Assembly (NCBI RefSeq): GCF_020541245.1
Contig: NZ_CP045876.1
Coordinates: 150,001-182,000 of the forward strand
Origin: Candidatus Annandia pinicola
Lineage (GTDB): Bacteria > Pseudomonadota > Gammaproteobacteria > Enterobacterales > Enterobacteriaceae_A
Length of the DNA stretch: 32,000 nt
Direction: 5' to 3'
Shown here piece after piece: positions 26,526 to 32,000 of the stretch. Position numbers and translations under genes: made by a program. The notes under the pieces were generated by a model, which did not search any database, was not told the origin of the DNA, and saw only the letters and a list, made by a program, of their open reading frames with translations. Position 1 is the first letter of the stretch. Each line of letters opens with the position of its first letter.

Positions 26526-27281
26526 ATGTTTTTTATAGATTCACATTGTCATTTACATTTAACAAAAAACGAAAAAAAAAAAAAAATAATAAAAAGATCT
26601 TATAAAAATTATATAAAATTTATTTTATCAGTATCATTAAATATTGATGATTATAAAATAATGTTAATAAAATTAAATAATTTTTCAAATATATTATTTT
26701 CTTGTGGTGTTCATCCATTATATTTAAAAAAAAAAATTAATTTAAATAAAATAAAAAAAATATCCTTACATAATAAAGTAATAGCTATAGGTGAAACTGG
26801 ACTGGACTATAAAGAAAAACCATTTAAAATAATGCAAAAATATTTGTTTAGATATCATATACGTTTAGCTAAAAAAATAAATAAACCCTTAATAGTTCAT
26901 ACTAGAAATGCTTTTTATGATACAATAAATATTTTAAAAGAAGAAAACGCTGAAACATGTAAAGGAATATTACATTGTTTTACAGGAAATATACAGGATG
27001 CTAAAAAACTATTAGATATAGGATTTTTAATTTCTTTTTCAGGTATAATTACTTATTTAAATAAAAATAAAATAAAAAAAATAATAAAATTTGTACCTTT
27101 AGATAAAATTTTATTAGAAACAGATACTCCTTTTTTAACTCCAAGAAAAATAAAAAAAAATATAAATAAACCTTATAATTTAATATATATTGCTAAAATT
27201 ATTGCAGATATAAAAAAAATTACATTAACAAAACTATCTAAAATAACAAAAAAAAATTTTTATTGTTTGTTTAAAATTTAA
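26526..27281 (+). CDS. ycfH: TatD-family metal-dependent hydrolase/DNase (YcfH)
   Basis: 251 aa: FIDSHCHL, AIGETGLDY, PLIVHTRNA, LHCFTG, LLETDTPFLTP. It follows tmk-holB, as in E. coli. Confidence 0.9.
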   Translation: MFFIDSHCHLHLTKNEKKKKIIKRSYKNYIKFILSVSLNIDDYKIMLIKLNNFSNILFSCGVHPLYLKKKINLNKIKKISLHNKVIAIGETGLDYKEKPFKIMQKYLFRYHIRLAKKINKPLIVHTRNAFYDTINILKEENAETCKGILHCFTGNIQDAKKLLDIGFLISFSGIITYLNKNKIKKIIKFVPLDKILLETDTPFLTPRKIKKNINKPYNLIYIAKIIADIKKITLTKLSKITKKNFYCLFKI

Positions 27282-27306
27282 CATTTAAATAAAATTATTT
27301 AATATA

Positions 27307-27564
27307 TTATTTATTATATTTTTTTTTTTTAAATTTTTTGTATACAATATCTATTATTTCTTGAATATTATCAATTTTTTCTGATTCCTTATCATTAATA
27401 TTAATATCAAAAATTTCTTCTATTTCTATAATAATTTCAATAGTTTCTAAAGAATCCGCTCCTAATAATTTTAAAGAAGATGAATTTAATATTCCTTTTT
27501 TATCTATTCCTATCTTTTTAGAAATTATATTTTTAATACTATCTTCTATTAATTCTATTACCAT
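27307..27564 (-). CDS. acpP: Acyl carrier protein
   Basis: 85 aa. LGADSLETIEIIIEIEEIF contains the DSL phosphopantetheine attachment serine (E. coli LGADSLDTVELVMALEEEF). It has an acidic helix bundle pattern and a short extra basic C-terminal tail, KKFKKKKYNK. Confidence 0.87.
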   Translation of the reverse strand: MVIELIEDSIKNIISKKIGIDKKGILNSSSLKLLGADSLETIEIIIEIEEIFDININDKESEKIDNIQEIIDIVYKKFKKKKYNK

Positions 27565-27672
27565 TTTAAGATCTCCACTATATTTTTTTTTATTAAATAT
27601 ATTTTAATAAAAAAATATTTCTTTAATTTTTATATTTTTAATTAAATTAATTTATGATAAAATTTTTTAAAA

Positions 27673-27855
27673 TTATTTATATCTAAATCTATTAAAATAT
27701 TTTACTCCTTTATAAAAACCAGATTTTGTTATATTATGATATAAATGTTGTTCTCCAGAATTTGAATCTGTAGATATATTAGAATGTTTTAATTTATAAT
27801 TTAATCTTTTTATTTTTTTTTTAGATCTACTTATTTTTTTTTTTGGGACTGCCAT
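27673..27855 (-). CDS. rpmF: 50S ribosomal protein L32
   Basis: 60 aa: MAVPKKKISRSKKK...SGEQHLYHNITKSGFYKG, compared with E. coli MAVQQNKPTRSKRG...SGEKHLRHHITADGYYRG. Confidence 0.92.
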   Translation of the reverse strand: MAVPKKKISRSKKKIKRLNYKLKHSNISTDSNSGEQHLYHNITKSGFYKGVKYFNRFRYK

Positions 27856-27907
27856 ATTAATATTAATCTCTTTTTTATAAATTATATTATATATAATTTA
27901 AAAAAAA

Positions 27908-28819
27908 TTATATATTTATATAATTTAAATATTTTTCTAAATTTTTATCTAAAGGGGCTTCTATTTTTATTTCACTTGATTTTAATGGATGAAAAAAAAC
28001 TAATGATTTTGCATGTAAAAAAATACGATTTAATATTTTATTAGAACATTTTTTTTTATTTTGGTAATAAATTTTATCAAACATAATAGGATGTCCTACA
28101 TATAATGTATGTATTCTTATTTGATGAGTTCTACCAGTTATAGGATTAATACTTAATAAAGTATTATTTAAATATTTTTTTTTAATTTTAAAATGAGTTT
28201 CGGACTTTTTACCATTACTATCAACTTTCATTATAAATTGACCATTTTTTTTATATTTTAACAATGGTAAATTTATAATTTTTATTTTTTTTGGCCAATG
28301 ACCTTCTACTAAAGCTATATATTCTTTTTTCATTTTTTTTTTACGTAATTGATCATGTAAATTTCGAAGTATAGACATTTTTTTTGCTATTAATAATACT
28401 CCAGAAGTATCTTTATCTAAACGATGAACTAATTCTAAAAATTTATTATTTGGTTGTAAATTTTTTAATATTTCTATAATTCCAAATTGTAATTTATTAG
28501 TACTATGAACAGGTATACCATAAGGTTTATTAATTGCTATTAAATATTTATCCTCATACAATATAGATTTTTTTAATTGTAATATTGTATTTGGATATAA
28601 ATATTTAATTTTATTTGTTTTTTTATTTAGTAAAGGTATATTTAATCTATCATCTAACTTTAATTTATATTTATGATTTACTCTTTTTTTATTAACCTTA
28701 ACTTGTCCTTTTCTTATAATTTTATATATTTTACTTTTAGGTACGTCTTTAAATTTTTTTAATAAAAAATTATCAATTCTTTGACATACTGATTCTTCTG
28801 TAATATTAATATTTTTCAT
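27908..28819 (-). CDS. rluC: 23S rRNA pseudouridine(955/2504/2580) synthase RluC
   Basis: 303 aa. S4 domain (QRIDNFLLKKFKDVPKSKIYKIIRKGQVKVNKKR vs E. coli [34 protein letters not shown]). Catalytic motif HRLDKDTSGVLLIAKK. GRTHQIRIH. Confidence 0.92.
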   Translation of the reverse strand: MKNINITEESVCQRIDNFLLKKFKDVPKSKIYKIIRKGQVKVNKKRVNHKYKLKLDDRLNIPLLNKKTNKIKYLYPNTILQLKKSILYEDKYLIAINKPYGIPVHSTNKLQFGIIEILKNLQPNNKFLELVHRLDKDTSGVLLIAKKMSILRNLHDQLRKKKMKKEYIALVEGHWPKKIKIINLPLLKYKKNGQFIMKVDSNGKKSETHFKIKKKYLNNTLLSINPITGRTHQIRIHTLYVGHPIMFDKIYYQNKKKCSNKILNRIFLHAKSLVFFHPLKSSEIKIEAPLDKNLEKYLNYINI

Positions 28820-28869
28820 AAATTAATAATCTTTATTATATTATAAAAATATAACATGAATAATATTAT

Positions 28870-29805
28870 TTATAAACATAATTTCATACAATTAATAGAA
28901 CAAAATTTATTAAATAATAGTCTACATGAAAAACATTGTATAAATAAAATATGACATTTATTATTTGCACAATTAATATAATTACAACTTATGGAACCAC
29001 ATTGATGACATTTAGAAATTGTACTATAAGAAACATTTTCGCTCATTCTATTATCAAAAACAAAGTTTTTTCCTATAAAATAATTAGATAATCTTTTTTT
29101 TTTAATATATCTAATATAAGATATTATTCCTCCTTTAATTTGATAGACGTTTTTAAAATTATTATATTTAAGTAAAGAACTGGCTTTTTCACATCTAATA
29201 CCACCTGTGCAATATAAAACTATTTTTTTTTCTTTAAAAGGAGTTACTTTTTTTATTAACTTAGATATTTGATTTCTAAAATTAATAGATTTTATTTGTA
29301 TAGCATTTATAAAATGTCCAATTTCATATTCATAATTATTTCTTATATCTACAAAAATAAAATTATTATTAAATATTAAATCATTTACTTTAGAAACATC
29401 CAAATATATTCCTTTATTTTTACTAAAATCTAAATCTTCATTAATACCATCATTTAGTATTTTAGGTCTAACTTTTACAATTAATTTAAAAAAAGATAAT
29501 CTATCATTATCAATAGATTTATTTATATGTACATTATATAAATTATTATCTAATTTAAAAATTAAATATATTACTTTGTTATAAACTTTTTTTGGAATAC
29601 TTATTTGAGAGTTTATACCTTCTTTAGATATATATACTCTCCCTAAAACATTATATTTATTAAATATTATATAAACTAAGTTTCTAAAAAGATGAGGATT
29701 TTTTATTTTAAAATATTTATAAAATGATATATTAAATCTAAAATTATTTTCAGTTAATATTTTTTTCTTTAATTCATTATTAGATAATAAATTACATAAG
29801 TTCAT
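28870..29805 (-). CDS. trhO: tRNA uridine(34) hydroxylase, rhodanese-domain protein (YceA/TrhO)
   Basis: 311 aa: ISFYKYFKIKNP, GRVYISKEGINSQIS, FVDIRNNYEYEIGHF, YCTGGIRCEKAS (rhodanese active Cys), FIGKNFVFDNRM, and the C-terminal Cys cluster CHQCG...C..NKCH. Collinear with E. coli YceA but lacks its basic C-terminal tail. GAGG lies 10 nt upstream of the ATG. Confidence 0.92.
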   Translation of the reverse strand: MNLCNLLSNNELKKKILTENNFRFNISFYKYFKIKNPHLFRNLVYIIFNKYNVLGRVYISKEGINSQISIPKKVYNKVIYLIFKLDNNLYNVHINKSIDNDRLSFFKLIVKVRPKILNDGINEDLDFSKNKGIYLDVSKVNDLIFNNNFIFVDIRNNYEYEIGHFINAIQIKSINFRNQISKLIKKVTPFKEKKIVLYCTGGIRCEKASSLLKYNNFKNVYQIKGGIISYIRYIKKKRLSNYFIGKNFVFDNRMSENVSYSTISKCHQCGSISCNYINCANNKCHILFIQCFSCRLLFNKFCSINCMKLCL

Positions 29806-29832
29806 TAATATAATACCTCAAAATTAAAATTA

Positions 29833-29858
29833 TTTATGAATATGTACTAATTCATAAA
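29833..29858 (-). terminator. Weak hairpin plus U-rich tract between ffs and trhO
   Basis: TTTATGAAT (29833-29841) pairs with ATTCATAAA (29850-29858) in a 9-bp stem with an 8-nt loop. On the minus-strand RNA it is followed by UAAUUUUAAUUUU. There is only one G:C pair, so it could be chance or a leaky terminator. Confidence 0.35.
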
Positions 29859-29889
29859 AAATAATTATATAAATTTGTTTTTTTTTATA

Positions 29890-30005
29890 ACTTCCCTCCC
29901 ATATAACTATAATTTTAACAGTTAATAACCGCTACGGCTGCTTCTTCCCAGATCTGACCGGATTAAAAGTTATAACTATAAAATCTGTTATAATGGAAGG
30001 TTATT
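29890..30005 (-). ncRNA. ffs: 4.5S RNA (signal recognition particle RNA); ends are +/- about 10 nt
   Basis: The minus strand reads ...CCGGUCAGAUCUGGGAAGAAGCAGCC..., matching E. coli 4.5S domain IV CCAGGUCAGGUCCGGAAGGAAGCAGCC. A GNRA tetraloop (GGGA) is present, and a compensatory C:G to U:A change lies next to it. The symmetric loop (CAGA/AGCA) and the GGU/GCC helix are conserved. The two arms are 51 nt each, closed by an 8-bp terminal helix: CCUUCCAU (30000-29993) with AUGGGAGG (29902-29895). The region is a G/C island in an otherwise almost G/C-free spacer. Confidence 0.88.
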
Positions 30006-30052
30006 GCAATTTAAAATTATTATTAAAATAAAATAATTTTTATTATAGTTAT

Positions 30053-30081
30053 ATTATAATACAATAATTTTTGAATGTCAA
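30053..30081 (-). promoter_or_regulatory. Perfect-consensus sigma70 promoter upstream of ffs
   Basis: On the minus strand, TTGACA (30081-30076) is followed by exactly 17 nt and then TATAAT (30058-30053). The predicted TSS is near 30046, about 40-45 nt upstream of the 4.5S terminal helix. This implies a 5' leader that would need processing, as the E. coli 4.5S precursor is processed by RNase P. Confidence 0.6.
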
Positions 30082-30149
30082 TAAATTATATTAAATCTTA
30101 AATTTTTGTAAAAATTAATAAAAATATTATTTTATAATAATGAAATATT

Positions 30150-30911
30150 TTAATTTTTATCTAATATAGGTAATTTAACGCTTTTTCTTAATAAATTAAA
30201 ATATTTAAAACTTAATTTTTTAATTCTTCCAAATTTAAATAAAATTTTTGTTAATTTAATTAAACCGTAACGTATTCTAATTAAACAATTTACTTTCAAA
30301 TTAATTTTATTAAACATTTTTCTTATCTCATTATTATATCCGTTTAAAATAATAATTTTAAACCATTTGTTTAAACCTTTTCCACTTATATAATGTATTT
30401 CTTTAAATTTACTTATAATATTATTTATTTTGATTCCTTTACATAAATTTTTTAATAAAACGTTATTTATTACTCCAAATACTCTTACAATATATTCTCT
30501 TTCTATTTTGTATTTAGGATGCATTAATCTGTAAGATAATTCACCATCATTAGTAAATAATATTAAACCACTACTATTTATATCTAATCTACCTATTGAC
30601 ATCAATTTTCCTTCATAAATTTTAGGAAGTTTATCATAAATTGTTACTCTATTTTTGTTATCATATCTGGTACATATTTCTCCATTTTTTTTGTAATATG
30701 CTAGTATTATTTTGTTATTTATATTATTTAATATTTTTTTTTTTTTTTTTTTAATTAATATTTTTATTTTTTTTGAATTATTAATTGTATCACCTATTTT
30801 TACTAATTTATTATTAACATAAATTTTTTTATTAATAATCAATTTTTCAATACTTCGACGTGAACCATATCCATTTAAAGCAAGTATTTTTTGTATTTTT
30901 TCATTGTTCAT
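30150..30911 (-). CDS. rluB: 23S rRNA pseudouridine(2605) synthase RluB
   Basis: 253 aa: EKIQKILALNGYGSRRSIEKLI (S4 domain; E. coli [22 protein letters not shown]), LAYYKKNGEICTRYD, GRLDINSSGLILFTNDGELSYRLMHPKYKIEREYIVRVFG, LIRIRYG. It lacks the long basic C-terminal tail of E. coli RluB. Confidence 0.92.
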   Translation of the reverse strand: MNNEKIQKILALNGYGSRRSIEKLIINKKIYVNNKLVKIGDTINNSKKIKILIKKKKKKILNNINNKIILAYYKKNGEICTRYDNKNRVTIYDKLPKIYEGKLMSIGRLDINSSGLILFTNDGELSYRLMHPKYKIEREYIVRVFGVINNVLLKNLCKGIKINNIISKFKEIHYISGKGLNKWFKIIILNGYNNEIRKMFNKINLKVNCLIRIRYGLIKLTKILFKFGRIKKLSFKYFNLLRKSVKLPILDKN

Positions 30912-30988
30912 AGTTTTCTATTTTTATTAAATAAATATATTAATTTAATAAAAAAAAATAAATTAATAATTTTATTATATAATATTTA

Positions 30989-31008
30989 ATATATATATAT
31001 ATATATAT
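30989..31008. repeat. (AT)10 dinucleotide microsatellite in the rluB/trpE divergent spacer
   Basis: Twenty consecutive alternating A/T bases read directly from the sequence. Confidence 0.9.
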
Positions 31009-31094
31009 TTAATAAAGTATTAATTAAAATAAATCTAAAAAATATTTTTTATTAATATAATATTTAAAATTAAAATAAAAAAAATTATAAATAT

Positions 31095-32000
31095 ATGAAA
31101 ATATTAAACTTAATAGTTAAAAATGTACCATATCAAGAAAATCCAACAACAATATTTAATAAATTATGTAATATAAAATCTTCAACTTTATTATTAGAAT
31201 CAGCAGATATTAATAGTAAACATAATTTAAGAAGCTTAATTATTATTGATAGCGCAATAAGAATTATTGCAAATAATCATTATGCTCTTTTAATATCATT
31301 GTCTAAAAATGGAAATAATTTATTATCACTATTAGATAAAAAACTACCTTATACAATTTTAAATAAAAAAATTAAAAATGGTAGAAAATTGTTTTTTCCA
31401 AATACAAATCAACAAAAAGATGAAGATTCAAGATTAAAATCAATATCTATTTTTGATGCATTAAGAATATTAACTAAACTTGTTTGTGTTCCACAAGGAG
31501 AACGTGAATCTATGTTATTTGGGGGTTTATTTTCTTATGATTTAATAAATTGTTCAGAAAAACTTCCTAAAGTTAAACATAAACATAAATGTCCTAATTT
31601 TTGTTTTTATTTATCTGAAATTTTATTATTATTAGATCATCAAAATAAACTTGCTAAGTTACAAGCAAGTATTTTTATTCCTTATAAAACAGAATTAATA
31701 AGAATAAAAGAACGTATAAATATATTATATAAACTTTTATTAAAAAAAAACTATAATCTTAATAGTTTTTTTATAAGTAAAAATAAAATAAAATGTAGTA
31801 AAAAAGACTCAAAATATTGTAATATGATAAATAAAATGAAAAAATCTATATATGAAGGAGATATTTTTCAAGTAGTAATATCTAGAAAATTTTATTTACC
31901 TTGTATATTTCCATTAAATGCATATGATAATTTAAAAAAAAATAACCCAAGTCCTTACATGTTTTTTATGAAAGATCAAGATTTTATTTTATTTGGTTCA
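31095..32000 (+). CDS. trpE: Anthranilate synthase component I, N-terminal 302 codons (3' end lies outside the window)
   Basis: It is absent from the ORF track because no stop is reached. The frame from ATG 31095 is open to base 32000. [42 protein letters not shown] matches E. coli [42 protein letters not shown]. Later blocks also match: [45 protein letters not shown]. Confidence 0.93.
   Translation, partial: [302 protein letters not shown]

Overview
This 32 kb window is extremely AT-rich (G+C by eye well under 25%). It is densely packed with housekeeping genes whose products align collinearly with Escherichia coli proteins. The composition and gene content fit a strongly reduced Enterobacterales-derived obligate insect endosymbiont (Buchnera/Wigglesworthia/Blochmannia-like). 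The organism cannot be named from the sequence alone. I call 34 protein genes in E. coli-like microsynteny blocks: yajR-like | tgt-queA-brnQ | ahpC | DUF2076 | aroL-argS | tsaB-yoaE-cspC | zwf | cmoA-cmoB | aspS | A-type Fe-S carrier | thrS-infC-rpmI-rplT-pheS-pheT | gpmA | deoB | tmk-holB-ycfH | rluB | trhO-rluC-rpmF-acpP | trpE (5' part). I also call one RNA gene that the ORF track cannot show: the 4.5S/SRP RNA (ffs) on the minus strand at about 29890-30005. I see no tRNA or rRNA genes, CRISPR arrays, transposases, phage genes or recognisable defence or toxin modules. I found no convincing multi-gene novel system, because every long ORF has a clear housekeeping assignment. Five things deserve a second look. 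(1) The YoaE/TerC protein has a tandem-repeat, polybasic tail of about 155 aa where E. coli YoaE carries its CBS-CorC module. (2) The ffs gene and cspC each sit behind a perfect TTGAC(A/T)-N17-TATAAT promoter. (3) In-frame A18-A19 homopolymer tracts lie inside infC, cmoB and rluB. (4) rpmF lies directly next to acpP with the whole plsX-fab block missing. (5) Several discrete palindromes and tandem repeats occur in unusually long spacers around yoaE and cspC. All homology statements rest on E. coli sequences recalled from memory and on motifs, not on a database search.
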